DNA of 60,313 bases from an uncultured Ectothiorhodospiraceae bacterium (GTDB lineage: Bacteria; Pseudomonadota; Gammaproteobacteria; S012-40): contig CALZHW010000004.1 of NCBI GenBank assembly GCA_945787125.1, positions 3,139 through 63,451 on the forward strand. The letters are read 5' to 3'. Below are positions 1 to 9,433 of the stretch, piece after piece. The notes under the pieces were generated by a model that ran no database searches, was not told where the DNA came from, and saw nothing but the letters and a program-made list of their open reading frames with translations. Position 1 is the first letter of the stretch. The number at the start of each line of letters is the position of its first letter. A program made the position numbers and the translations under genes.

Positions 1-867
1 AATCGAGGTGAAGTACTGGGCTTTCTGGGTCCTAATGGTGCCGGCAAGTCGACTACGATGAAAATGATCGCAGGTTTTCTTGCGCCTTCGGCTGGGACTA
101 TTCAGGTTTGTGGCGCGGATGTAATTAAAGCACCTATTACGGTGAAAAAAAGTATTGGTTATTTGCCAGAAGGTGCACCAGCGTATGGCGATATGACCGT
201 GAAAAGTTTTCTGTCATTTATCGCTGATATTCGTGGTTATCATGCAGCAGAAAAGGAATCGCGCATTCAATCAGCCATTGAGCGCGCTAATCTAGGCTCA
301 GTCGTTCATAAAACAATTGATACCCTGTCGAAAGGCTTTAAGCGCAGAGTGGGTTTGGCGCAAGCGATTTTGCATGATCCTCCAGTGTTAATTATGGATG
401 AGCCGACAGATGGCCTCGATCCTAATCAAAAACACGAAGTCCGATTGTTGATAAAAGAAATGGCTAAGGATAAAGCGATTATTATATCAACACACATACT
501 GGAAGAAGTTGATGCGATTTGTGATCAGGCGATCATCATTGCAAATGGCCGTTTAAAATTTGATGGTACACCACAAACTTTGGTAGAAATGTCGGAGTTG
601 CACAATAGTGTGTTGTTGTCATTAGATGGTTATCCGTCAGTTAATGCGGAAAAGTTGTTGGGCGAGTTGCCAGGTGTTGAGCGAGTTGCGCTGGAAGAAT
701 CCGCAGACGAAAAAACGACTTATCGGCTTTACGCAGATAAAGGAGTGAATATTATCAATCAGGTCAGCCATCTGGTGCGCCAGCAAGAATGGATCGTTGA
801 TGCGTTGAGCATTGAAAAGGGCCGGTTAGATACGGTTTTTCGTCAATTAACGCAAGGCGCTGAATAG
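1..867 (+). CDS. ABC transporter ATP-binding protein (GldA-like, ABC-2 exporter type); 5' end cut by window edge
   Basis: Frame 1 is open from base 1 and reads ...LGFLGPNGAGKSTTMKMIAG (Walker A). Later come LSKGFKRRVGLAQAIL (signature region) and VLIMDEPTDGLD (Walker B). The listed ORF 58..867 starts at an internal Met. Confidence 0.9.
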   Translation, partial: NRGEVLGFLGPNGAGKSTTMKMIAGFLAPSAGTIQVCGADVIKAPITVKKSIGYLPEGAPAYGDMTVKSFLSFIADIRGYHAAEKESRIQSAIERANLGSVVHKTIDTLSKGFKRRVGLAQAILHDPPVLIMDEPTDGLDPNQKHEVRLLIKEMAKDKAIIISTHILEEVDAICDQAIIIANGRLKFDGTPQTLVEMSELHNSVLLSLDGYPSVNAEKLLGELPGVERVALEESADEKTTYRLYADKGVNIINQVSHLVRQQEWIVDALSIEKGRLDTVFRQLTQGAE

Positions 868-882
868 CTTGAGGGATAAACA

Positions 883-1617
883 ATGAGTAATGTGTTGGCT
901 ATTTATAAAAGAGAGTTGGGCAGTTATTTTGCAACGCCTGTGGCTTATGTCTTTATCGTAATATTTCTGATGTTAGCGGGTATTTTTACTTTTTATCTGG
1001 GTGGCTTATATGAGCGCGGTCAAGCTGATTTGCAGCCATTTTTTTCGTATCTACCTTGGCTCTATTTGTTTTTGATTCCAGCCTTGTCAATGCGGCTTTG
1101 GGCAGAGGAAAGACGTTCTGGTTCAATCGAGCTGTTAATGACTTTACCCATATCGGTGACTCAAGCCGTGCTCGGAAAGTTTTTTGCGGCCTGGTTATTT
1201 ACGGGTATTGCGTTATCTCTGACTTTTCCGCTTTGGCTTACGGTGAATTATTTAGGTGAGCCTGATAATTTGGTGATTCTGTCGGGCTACATTGGTGCAT
1301 TTTTAATGGCCGGTGCTTACCTTGCGATTGGTTCATGTATTTCTGCGATGACTAAAAATCAAGTGATTGCCTTTGTTGTTGCCGTGGTGGTGAGTTTCTT
1401 TTTCATTTTGAGTGGATTTCCGTTAGTACTCGATTTTTTTAAAGATTGGGCACCGCAAATAGTTATTAATGCAGTGAGTTCGTTGAGTTTTTTGACGCAC
1501 TTTAATTCGATCACAAAGGGTGTGATTGATGTTAGGGATGTCGTTTATTTTGCCTCTTTTATGGGTTGTTGGTTGGCGGCAAATGTTATTGTCATTGAGA
1601 TGAAGAAATCGGATTAA
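883..1617 (+). CDS. ABC-2 family transporter permease (GldF-like)
   Basis: 244-aa polytopic hydrophobic protein. Starts 16 nt after the ATPase stop. Confidence 0.75.
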   Translation: MSNVLAIYKRELGSYFATPVAYVFIVIFLMLAGIFTFYLGGLYERGQADLQPFFSYLPWLYLFLIPALSMRLWAEERRSGSIELLMTLPISVTQAVLGKFFAAWLFTGIALSLTFPLWLTVNYLGEPDNLVILSGYIGAFLMAGAYLAIGSCISAMTKNQVIAFVVAVVVSFFFILSGFPLVLDFFKDWAPQIVINAVSSLSFLTHFNSITKGVIDVRDVVYFASFMGCWLAANVIVIEMKKSD

Positions 1618-1621
1618 GATC

Positions 1622-3502
1622 ATGAGTAAATATTTATCGACAACAGGGTTGGTTTTTTTGGCTGTTTTATTGTTAGTCATTAATTTGTTTGCTGGGATAT
1701 TTTTTAAATCATCCCGCTTAGATTTGACGGATAACCAGCTTTATACATTATCGCCGGGCACAGAAAATATTTTGTCAGAGTTGCAAGAGCCAATCACTTT
1801 ACGGCTTTATTTTTCTGAAAAATATTTTACCGGAATTCCTGCTATTACGACCTATGGTCAACGAGTGAAAGATTTGCTGGATGAATATGTCAGTTTGTCC
1901 AAGGGTAACTTGAAGCTGATCATTGCTGATCCTGAGCCTTTCTCTGATACTGAAGACCAAGCTGTGCAATATGGATTGCAAGGAGTGCCGATTGATGCTT
2001 CCGGTAGCCAGGCATATTTTGGCTTGGTCGGTAGTAACAGTACCGATGATGAAGAAGTCATCGCTTTTTTGCAGCCTGATAAAGAAGAATCTCTAGAGTA
2101 TGACATCACCCGCATGGTTTATCAGTTATCAAATCCTAAACGAGGGATTGTTGGGATTATTAGTGGTTTGCCAATGGCTACGGGTGCATCGAATCCCATG
2201 GTTGCGCCTGGCTCCAGTCAGGATTGGTTTATGCTAACCCAACTTAAAGAAAATTACGATGTTCGCACATTGGAAACCAGCATAGAAAAAATCCCCGAAG
2301 ATATTGATGTGCTGATGCTGATTCACCCTAAGAGTTTGACGGACAATGCGTTGTTTGCGATTGATCAGTATGTTTTGAGCGGTGGTCGATTACTGGCATT
2401 TATTGATCCGTTTTCAGAGGCGGATCAACCCATGACAGATCCCACCAATCCAATGGCTGCGATGCAGCAGTCACGTAGTTCGGAGTTAAGTAAATTGTTG
2501 TCTGCCTGGGGTATTGAGTTTGCGTCAGATAAAGTGGTTGGTGATCGTTTGAATGCACAACGTGTGCAAGCTCAATCTGGTGGCCGAGTGCAAGCAGTAG
2601 ATTATGTGGCATGGCTGTCATTAAATAATGACAACTTTAGTGCTGATGATTTTGTTGCCCGTGACCTTCAGCAAATTGGTATGGCGACCACAGGCTTTTT
2701 TAGTAAAAAAGCAGACAGTAATATTGATTTTGTCCCATTGATCGAAACCAGCGCGGAAGCTATGGCATACAATAGTATGCAGTTTCAGTTTGGTGCGAAC
2801 CCGGCTGCTTTATTGCGTAGCTATCAATCTGGTGGTCAAAAATTAACGCTGGCAGCCCGTATTTCTGGTGAGCTTGATTCTGCTTTTCCTGAAGGGCTGG
2901 AATCTGCGACAGCAATAGAAAATCCGCTGGCTAAGTCGGTTGATCGAGCGAACATCATTGTGGTTGCTGATACCGATATGCTGGAAGATAAACACTGGGT
3001 GACGTTGCAAAATTTCTTTGGTAATCGGATTGCTGTACCACGTGCTAATAATGATGTTTTTGTTATGAATGCGATTGAAAACTTAAGTGGTAGCAATGAT
3101 TTGATCAGCTTGCGTAGCCGTAGTAAATCAGCACGGCCTTTCACCAAAGTTGCTGCGCTAAAACAAGCAGCGGAGCAACGTTTTAGAGATAAGGAAAAAG
3201 CATTGCAGTCGGAATTGCAGCAGACCGAAAATAAATTAGCTGAATTGCAACGTAATCGTGATGGGGTCAGTAACATGATTCTGTCTGCTGAACAAAAACA
3301 AGAAATTCTTAAATTTCGCGAGCAGCAAGTGGAAACACGCAAGGAGTTGCGAAATGTGCAGCATGAGTTAATCAAAAGTGTAGAGAGCCTGGGAACCACA
3401 CTGAAGGTTCTTAATATTATATTGCTGCCGCTGCTAGTTATTTTAGCGGCTATTCTGGTTTCGGTGATCCGAGCCAGACGATTAAAACATGCTGTGTCAT
3501 AA
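1622..3502 (+). CDS. GldG-family ABC transporter auxiliary protein
   Basis: 626 aa with N- and C-terminal TM anchors flanking a large soluble region and a C-terminal coiled coil (EKALQSELQQTENKLAELQ). Starts 5 nt after the permease stop, the position typical of GldG-type components. Confidence 0.65.
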   Translation: MSKYLSTTGLVFLAVLLLVINLFAGIFFKSSRLDLTDNQLYTLSPGTENILSELQEPITLRLYFSEKYFTGIPAITTYGQRVKDLLDEYVSLSKGNLKLIIADPEPFSDTEDQAVQYGLQGVPIDASGSQAYFGLVGSNSTDDEEVIAFLQPDKEESLEYDITRMVYQLSNPKRGIVGIISGLPMATGASNPMVAPGSSQDWFMLTQLKENYDVRTLETSIEKIPEDIDVLMLIHPKSLTDNALFAIDQYVLSGGRLLAFIDPFSEADQPMTDPTNPMAAMQQSRSSELSKLLSAWGIEFASDKVVGDRLNAQRVQAQSGGRVQAVDYVAWLSLNNDNFSADDFVARDLQQIGMATTGFFSKKADSNIDFVPLIETSAEAMAYNSMQFQFGANPAALLRSYQSGGQKLTLAARISGELDSAFPEGLESATAIENPLAKSVDRANIIVVADTDMLEDKHWVTLQNFFGNRIAVPRANNDVFVMNAIENLSGSNDLISLRSRSKSARPFTKVAALKQAAEQRFRDKEKALQSELQQTENKLAELQRNRDGVSNMILSAEQKQEILKFREQQVETRKELRNVQHELIKSVESLGTTLKVLNIILLPLLVILAAILVSVIRARRLKHAVS

Positions 3503-3514
3503 AGAGGTATAACA

Positions 3515-4771
3515 ATGAAGTTTGATAAATTTGTTATTGTCGCGTTATTAATTTTGATTTTTGGTGGTGGCGCTTTTTTATATTCGCAACAAGAATCGGA
3601 GAAACATGCTGATCAGCAGGCTGGTCATGTTTTCTCAAACGCATTAGTGCAGCGTATCAATGAAGTTGCGGCACTCAAAATTGCTAGCAAAGAAACTGAG
3701 GTCAATCTGATTTTTGTGGGTGATCAATGGGTGTTACAGGAAAAAGCAAATTATCCTGCCGATTTCAGTAAAGTCAAAAAGCTTATTGTTGGCATCAGTG
3801 ATTTTAAAACAATAGAAGCTAAAACCACAGAGCCGGAAAAATATGGTCGCTTGGGTGTGCAAGATGTCGGTGAAAGTGGAGATATTGATTCAAGTCGCAT
3901 AGACTTTATGAGTAAAGCAGGCAATATCATTGAGTCTGTTTTAATTGGCAAAAACAAAGAAGCGCGCGTTGCGGGGGCTAGTTCGGCACTCTATGTTCGA
4001 AAAGCCGCTGAAGCAAAAAGTTGGCTGGTTTCTGGTGATGTGCATTTGCCAAGCAATGTCTTGGATTGGTTGGATAATTCAATTGTTGATATCAAGCCGG
4101 CTGAAATTCAAGCGGTGACCATTAAGAACTCTGACGATACACAGTTGTCTATTAAGAAAGCGACAGCAGAAGATGAGCACTTTGTTGTTTTAGATTTACC
4201 TGAAGGGGAAACGCTGAAATCCGAATCAATCGCTGATGGCTTGGCGAATAGCTTGCAGTCGTTGTCATTCATTGATGTTATGTCCCGCGATGCGGCAAAT
4301 ATTGTTGATGTTACGCCCACGGTTGCTGAATTTTCAACATTCGACGGCTTACAGATCAGCGCAAAACTTTATGAAATAGAGGCTAAACATTTCCTATTGC
4401 TCAATGCACATGCTATGTTAGACGAGCAAGCGGCGAAAGACAAAGCCAGCAAGTTTGATGCACGACTAGCGCCATGGGCTTTTGAGATTGCAGCGGCAAA
4501 AACCAGTGCCATGAAAAAATCATTGGCAGATTTTATTGAGCCTAAACCAGAGCCGACGGTGCTAGAGCCAGAAGCAATGGAGCCAGAATCTATGCTACCG
4601 GCGCCAGAGCCAGAGTCGATGGAACCAGCGTCAGAGTTGGTGGTGCCAGAGCTAGAATCAGAGCAAGTACCGGAACTCGAGTTGGTGCCAGAGCTAGATT
4701 CAGAGCAAGCACTGGAGCCCGAATCGGAACCCAAGTCGGCACCAGAGCAGGTACAGGTAGAAGAAAACTAA
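3515..4771 (+). CDS. DUF4340-like membrane-anchored protein with acidic Pro/Glu-rich C-terminal tail
   Basis: 418 aa with an N-terminal TM anchor. Fourth gene of the ABC/ABC-2/GldG set. The last ~80 aa are low complexity (EPEAMEPESMLPAPEPESMEPASELVVPELESEQVPELELVPELDSEQALEPESEPK). Confidence 0.55.
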   Translation: MKFDKFVIVALLILIFGGGAFLYSQQESEKHADQQAGHVFSNALVQRINEVAALKIASKETEVNLIFVGDQWVLQEKANYPADFSKVKKLIVGISDFKTIEAKTTEPEKYGRLGVQDVGESGDIDSSRIDFMSKAGNIIESVLIGKNKEARVAGASSALYVRKAAEAKSWLVSGDVHLPSNVLDWLDNSIVDIKPAEIQAVTIKNSDDTQLSIKKATAEDEHFVVLDLPEGETLKSESIADGLANSLQSLSFIDVMSRDAANIVDVTPTVAEFSTFDGLQISAKLYEIEAKHFLLLNAHAMLDEQAAKDKASKFDARLAPWAFEIAAAKTSAMKKSLADFIEPKPEPTVLEPEAMEPESMLPAPEPESMEPASELVVPELESEQVPELELVPELDSEQALEPESEPKSAPEQVQVEEN

Positions 4772-4782
4772 ACGGAGCATTC

Positions 4783-4953
4783 GTGTCACGAGTTGTTATT
4801 ATATGTTTAATTGTCATCACAGCATTGTTATGGTTTGGCATTAAAGCCAGGCAGCAAAAGCAACAAATGCTTTCGGCGGCGTTATTCACCGCCGCCGTCG
4901 TATTTTCTATCATAATGTCACTGAGTTTTGCTGGGTTAATCAGCGGTTCCTGA
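4783..4953 (+). CDS. small two-TM membrane protein (56 aa), not in the ORF track
   Basis: GTG start 6 nt after ACGGAG. Translation: VSRVVIICLIVITALLWFGIKARQQKQQMLSAALFTAAVVFSIIMSLSFAGLISGS. Overlaps the convergent SRPBCC gene end by 18 nt. Confidence 0.35.
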   Translation: MSRVVIICLIVITALLWFGIKARQQKQQMLSAALFTAAVVFSIIMSLSFAGLISGS

Positions 4954-5478
4954 TCCTTCATTTTCTTCGACAAGTTTTTTCAATTTGCCCAAGCCTTGTT
5001 CAAGCATGGGGCCTGCGGTACCGTCCATTGCCATTGCAATATAGGGACTTATGATGGGCAGTGTAAATTTACCTTTGGTCGACCAATTGACCTGGGTTGT
5101 ATCACCTTGGTTTTGATAAGTCACTTTGCCTTCAGTATTTAAACTTTCCGCTTTCATGTCTAGAAAGTAATCAATCCCGTAATCTGTGGATGATTTTGTA
5201 ATTTCTAATATACCGGTACCTTTATTGCCTGCCCATTGTTGACTTGCGCCTAGCCCTTTGTGGATTTCTCCTGGTGTTATTTTAACCTTGGAGTCCGCGT
5301 TATGCCAGGGTGTCCATTTTGGCCATTGTTGTAAATCTTCCACAAATGGGTGAATAGCTTCAGGTTTGGCATTAATCACAATCGTGCGCTCGACGTTGTA
5401 TTCGCTCGGTAGGATGATTCCCATTATGACGATGAGTAGAAAAAAGACGCCAATGGTTATCGAGAATTTTTTTAACAT
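4936..5478 (-). CDS. SRPBCC (polyketide cyclase/dehydrase-like) family protein with N-terminal anchor
   Basis: 180 aa. N-terminal hydrophobic anchor, then VERTIVINAKPEAIHPFVEDLQQWPKWTPW, typical of SRPBCC-fold proteins. Confidence 0.65.
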   Translation of the reverse strand: MLKKFSITIGVFFLLIVIMGIILPSEYNVERTIVINAKPEAIHPFVEDLQQWPKWTPWHNADSKVKITPGEIHKGLGASQQWAGNKGTGILEITKSSTDYGIDYFLDMKAESLNTEGKVTYQNQGDTTQVNWSTKGKFTLPIISPYIAMAMDGTAGPMLEQGLGKLKKLVEENEGSGTAD

Positions 5479-5545
5479 AATTAACTCGGATATAGTGAAT
5501 GGGAGATAATTGTATCAAGTGTTATGTTTGCTTGCTATGTATTAA

Positions 5546-5704
5546 CCTAGATTCCGCAGTTGAGTAGCCTGTATTGCACGCCCTTTTGCACTGCCTTGCT
5601 ATATGAAACATTTCCGAAAGGGAACAACCATTTGGGAAATGTTTCATTACGCAATTCAGCACAAAATGACGCACACTACAGGCTGCTCAACTGCGGATTC
5701 TAGG
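5546..5704. mobile_element. MITE-like palindromic repeat, family 1, copy 1
   Basis: 28-bp terminal inverted repeats: CCTAGATTCCGCAGTTGAGTAGCCTGTA ... TACAGGCTGCTCAACTGCGGATTCTAGG. Perfect internal 13-bp hairpin at 5603-5647. No coding capacity. A second copy lies at 11415-11652 and a right-end fragment at 35044-35076. Confidence 0.75.
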
Positions 5705-5714
5705 TTTAACCAAG

Positions 5715-6398
5715 TTAACCTGGCTGATCAGGGATCAAATCCTTAAATGATCTGAGCATGATAAAGTCGCTTTCTGTTTTCGCGGGTCGTTGACTTGAGG
5801 GTTTTTCAATGTCCAAAAGATAGCGAATCCCAAATTTTTGTGCTGATTTTAATACCGGGGTGCTGTCGTCAATGAAAAGTGTGTGCTCTGGCGCAAAATA
5901 ATGTTTATCCACCAGGCGATGCCAGAATTCAGTATTTTCTTTCGGTAAGCCAAATTCATGTGAGCTAATAATTTGATCAAAAAGATTTTCAAGTTGCGAG
6001 TGCTGCATTTTGAGGCGTAAGACTTTAGGGTGAGCATTGGTGACCAGGAGTATTGATTTGCCCCATTTACGTGCTGCGTTTAAAAACTCTATCACGCCAT
6101 CATGGATAGCAATTAAGTGTGCTACTTGAGTCTTTAGTTCTGGTATATCCAGCTGCAATTCTTTGCTCCAATAGTCCAGGCAATACCATTCAAGTTTACC
6201 AGCCATGGCATTAAATCGCGGGGTTAGTTCCGCTTTGGCTTGTGCCACGGTGAGACCATTAAGTTTGGCGTATTCGGCAGGTAAATGCTGTTGCCAAAAT
6301 TGATCATCATAATGCAGGTCGAGTAAAGTGCCATCCATATCGAGCAATACTGTGTTTATTTGCGCCCAATCGATCATTTTTAATACATTATTTTGCAT
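5715..6398 (-). CDS. HAD-superfamily hydrolase (GMP/IMP nucleotidase YrfG-like)
   Basis: The DMDGTLLD motif I sits near the N-terminus. LVTNAHP and FIDDS motifs follow. 227 aa. Confidence 0.75.
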   Translation of the reverse strand: MQNNVLKMIDWAQINTVLLDMDGTLLDLHYDDQFWQQHLPAEYAKLNGLTVAQAKAELTPRFNAMAGKLEWYCLDYWSKELQLDIPELKTQVAHLIAIHDGVIEFLNAARKWGKSILLVTNAHPKVLRLKMQHSQLENLFDQIISSHEFGLPKENTEFWHRLVDKHYFAPEHTLFIDDSTPVLKSAQKFGIRYLLDIEKPSSQRPAKTESDFIMLRSFKDLIPDQPG

Positions 6399-6487
6399 AG
6401 TTTTCTGACTTGGTCATTCCGCTTAAGATTGCGTTGGTGATTCTGTACAATTTGTTACAATAACACTTTCAGGATTATTATAGGGAC

Positions 6488-7309
6488 ATGCATTTGAAAG
6501 ACAATCCCAGTTTGCCAGTCGTGCTTGTTTTTGCCGGAAATGATCCTACAGGTGGTGCAGGTATTCAGGCGGATATCGAGTCAATTGCCAGTATGGGCGC
6601 ACATGCCGCGCCGGTCATTACGTCGATCACCGTGCAAGATACGCAAGATGTTAAAAGTTATTTTCCGTTAGGCTTGACCGGTATTATTGAGCAAGCGCGC
6701 GCGGTTTTGGAAGATATGCCGATTGCGGCTATAAAAATAGGCATGTTAGGCAGCCTCGAAGCTATTGAAGCGATCAGTAGCATCTTAGTCGATTATCCCG
6801 ACATCCCGGTGGTATTGGATCCAGTGATTTCGGCCGGTGGTGGCGCGACGTTAATGGATGATGAGATGCTTGCGGCTATTTGTAATTTATTAATTCCAAA
6901 AACGACTGTGTTAGTGCCTAATTCCGAAGAAGCCCGTTTGCTGGCGCGGGAAGCGGATGTCATGGAAGCCTGCGCCCAGGAGTTGATGGATATGGGCGCG
7001 GAGTATGTTTTGATCACCGGCAGCCATGAAAAAACGGTGGAGGTGATCAACCTGTTTTTTGGTAATAGTCGCTTGATTGATACCTTTTCCTGGGAGCGAT
7101 TGCCACACACCTATCATGGTTCAGGTTGTACCTTAGCGGCCTGCATTGCAGGATTGTTGGCGCATCGCATTGATCCCTTGTCGGCGGTGCATGAGGCGCA
7201 AGAATTTACCTGGAAAAGTCTGCAGGCAGGATATCGCCTGGGTATGGGGCAGCTTATTCCGAACCGATTTTTTTGGGCCGTTGAAGATGAGAGTGCAGAA
7301 GACATTTGA
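6488..7309 (+). CDS. thiD: hydroxymethylpyrimidine/phosphomethylpyrimidine kinase
   Basis: VVLVFAGNDPTGGAGIQADIE, IKIGMLGS and HGSGCTLAACIA motifs. 273 aa. Directly coupled to thiE. Confidence 0.9.
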   Translation: MHLKDNPSLPVVLVFAGNDPTGGAGIQADIESIASMGAHAAPVITSITVQDTQDVKSYFPLGLTGIIEQARAVLEDMPIAAIKIGMLGSLEAIEAISSILVDYPDIPVVLDPVISAGGGATLMDDEMLAAICNLLIPKTTVLVPNSEEARLLAREADVMEACAQELMDMGAEYVLITGSHEKTVEVINLFFGNSRLIDTFSWERLPHTYHGSGCTLAACIAGLLAHRIDPLSAVHEAQEFTWKSLQAGYRLGMGQLIPNRFFWAVEDESAEDI

Positions 7310-7914
7310 GTAAAGTAATTTGTGGTTTGTATGGCGTGACGGTCGATGGCGCCGAAGATCTTATCGAAGATGTTGAGCAAGCGTTAATCGGTGGTGCGAA
7401 GGTTATTCAATATCGAGATAAATCGAATCTTACGGCGCAGCGTTTTACGGATGCGCTGGCACTGCGCCAGCTTTGCGCAGACTATTCGGCCTGCTTTATT
7501 GTTAATGATGATTTAGACTTGGCGCTGGCGGTTGATGCAGATGGATTACACATCGGTAAAGATGCTGGCAAGGTCGCAGACATCAGACGGCAACTGCGTG
7601 ACAAGCTGTTAGGTATATCTTGCTACAATAAACTAGAAAATGCGCAAGAAGCCGCGCTGGCAGGCGCTGATTATGTTGCATTCGGGCGGTTTTTTTCCTC
7701 TAAAACCAAGCCTGATGCGGTGCCTGCAGAACTGCAAATAATTCAACAAGCAAAGTCGTACCTGGATCTGCCGGTGGTAGCCATCGGCGGCATTACCACT
7801 GAAAATGCCAAGCTATTGATCAGTGCCGGGGTGGACGCGGTGGCCGTGATTGATGGTTTATTTAATCAAGCAGATATTCAGCAAACAGCAGAAAAATTTG
7901 TTCAGTTATTCTGA
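7306..7914 (+). CDS. thiE: thiamine-phosphate synthase
   Basis: 202 aa. GLYGVT... start region, IQYRDK, GLHIG, ISCYN and AIGGI motifs. Overlaps the thiD stop by 4 nt. The non-ATG start is as listed, so the exact start is uncertain. Confidence 0.85.
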   Translation: MSKVICGLYGVTVDGAEDLIEDVEQALIGGAKVIQYRDKSNLTAQRFTDALALRQLCADYSACFIVNDDLDLALAVDADGLHIGKDAGKVADIRRQLRDKLLGISCYNKLENAQEAALAGADYVAFGRFFSSKTKPDAVPAELQIIQQAKSYLDLPVVAIGGITTENAKLLISAGVDAVAVIDGLFNQADIQQTAEKFVQLF

Positions 7915-8016
7915 ACGGGGTTTGAGCGGGTTTTGATCCGGAGTTAATCTGGATAGTGCAGCAAGCAAGTCTGCAATATTATTGAAATAACGATAAGTGA
8001 TAAAGAAGGAAATAAA

Positions 8017-9297
8017 ATGACAAATTCACAAGATTTATTTGTTGCAGCAAAAAAGCATATCCCAGGTGGCGTCAATTCTCCAGTGCGTGCCTTTGCCGGA
8101 GTCGGTGGGGATCCGGTATTTTTTGCTAAAGGGGCGGGAGCTTACTTGTGGGATGAAGACAACAACAAATATATTGATTATGTCGCTTCGTGGGGGCCGA
8201 TGATTGCTGGGCATGCCCATCCAGAAGTTATTGCCGCCGTTCAAAAAACGGTTGCTAACAGCTTAGGTTTTGGTGCGCCAACGCAAATTGAAACGACTAT
8301 GGCAGACAAAGTTTGCGAAATTATCCCGTCGATTGAAATGGTCCGTATGGTAAGTTCAGGTACTGAAGCAACGATGACCGCGATTCGTCTCGCACGTGGA
8401 TATACCGACAGAGATAAAATTGTAAAATTTGAAGGTTGTTATCATGGGCATTCGGATTCACTATTAGTTAAAGCGGGTTCGGGTGCATTAACGTTGGGCG
8501 TTCCTACCTCCCCTGGCGTTCCTGCTGCTTTGGCGGAGCATACGATTACCTTAACTTTCAATGATATTGATAATGTCAAACAAGCATTCGCCGATGTAGG
8601 TGATCAAATTGCCTGTATTATTGTTGAGCCAGTTGCAGGCAATATGAATTGTATTCCGCCCGAATCAGGATTCCTTGAAGGTCTGCGTAAAATTTGTGAT
8701 GAATATGGCGCGGTACTTATTTTTGATGAAGTCATGACGGGTTTTCGGGTTTCCGCAAGCGGTGCTCAAGGGTATTATGGGGTCAAGCCAGATCTTACGA
8801 CTTTGGGAAAAGTCATCGGTGGCGGAATGCCTGTTGGTGCTTTTGGTGGAAAAAAAGAAATCATGGAGAAAATCGCGCCATTGGGTCCGGTTTATCAGGC
8901 AGGTACTTTGTCCGGTAATCCAGTCTCCATGGCCGCAGGTTTAGCAACATTGGCTTTGACGCAAGCGCCGGGCTTTCATGACAACCTGGATGCCAAGGCA
9001 AAAAAACTGTGCGCTGGATTTGAGGCAGCAGCAAAAGCCAACAATATCTCTTTGACAACGAATCAAGTGGGTGGCATGTTTGGTTTCTTCTTTACCGATG
9101 CAGTAAAGGTATCACGTTTTCAGCAAGTCACAGAATGTGATATCGAGCGTTTTAAAAAATTCTATCACGGAATGTTAGCTAAAGGCGTGTATTTTGCGCC
9201 GTCAGCCTATGAAGCCGGTTTTGTTTCCTCAGCTCATACTGATGCCGATATCGAAAATACCATTAGTGCAGCAAGTGATGTTTTCGCGACACTCTAA
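8017..9297 (+). CDS. hemL: glutamate-1-semialdehyde 2,1-aminomutase
   Basis: 426 aa. [12 protein letters not shown], class-III aminotransferase core, and [20 protein letters not shown] (PLP-lysine region). Confidence 0.95.
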   Translation: MTNSQDLFVAAKKHIPGGVNSPVRAFAGVGGDPVFFAKGAGAYLWDEDNNKYIDYVASWGPMIAGHAHPEVIAAVQKTVANSLGFGAPTQIETTMADKVCEIIPSIEMVRMVSSGTEATMTAIRLARGYTDRDKIVKFEGCYHGHSDSLLVKAGSGALTLGVPTSPGVPAALAEHTITLTFNDIDNVKQAFADVGDQIACIIVEPVAGNMNCIPPESGFLEGLRKICDEYGAVLIFDEVMTGFRVSASGAQGYYGVKPDLTTLGKVIGGGMPVGAFGGKKEIMEKIAPLGPVYQAGTLSGNPVSMAAGLATLALTQAPGFHDNLDAKAKKLCAGFEAAAKANNISLTTNQVGGMFGFFFTDAVKVSRFQQVTECDIERFKKFYHGMLAKGVYFAPSAYEAGFVSSAHTDADIENTISAASDVFATL

Positions 9298-9386
9298 CGA
9301 ATGAATAATTAAGTCTCAAGTTTCGGAGTTTATCATCATTATTAATAGCAGTCGCTCGCGGTGGCAGTGTCTTGGCAAAAGTAATG

Positions 9387-9412
9387 ACGGCACTGACATT
9401 GCCGTTTTTTTT
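9387..9412 (+). terminator. rho-independent terminator after hemL
   Basis: ACGGCA-ctgacat-TGCCGT followed by an 8-T run. The stem is short (6 bp). Confidence 0.55.
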
Positions 9413-9433
9413 CTCCGAAACTTGCGTTAAATT

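Noticed and set aside
2836-3399. 187-aa minus-strand ORF, with similar antisense ORFs at 1799-2115, 4369-4734, 36648-37025, 43758-44324, 44343-44651 and 45967-46257.
   Set aside because: Each lies entirely inside a longer opposite-strand gene that has strong family motifs. Their translations are low complexity (Ser/Cys/Ala/Gly-rich), with no SD sequence or recognisable domain. They are mirror-frame artefacts.
6399-6487. TPP riboswitch upstream of thiD-thiE.
   Set aside because: The 89-nt leader lacks the conserved CUGAGA ... ACCCG-type THI-box elements and has no obvious terminator or anti-terminator pair.
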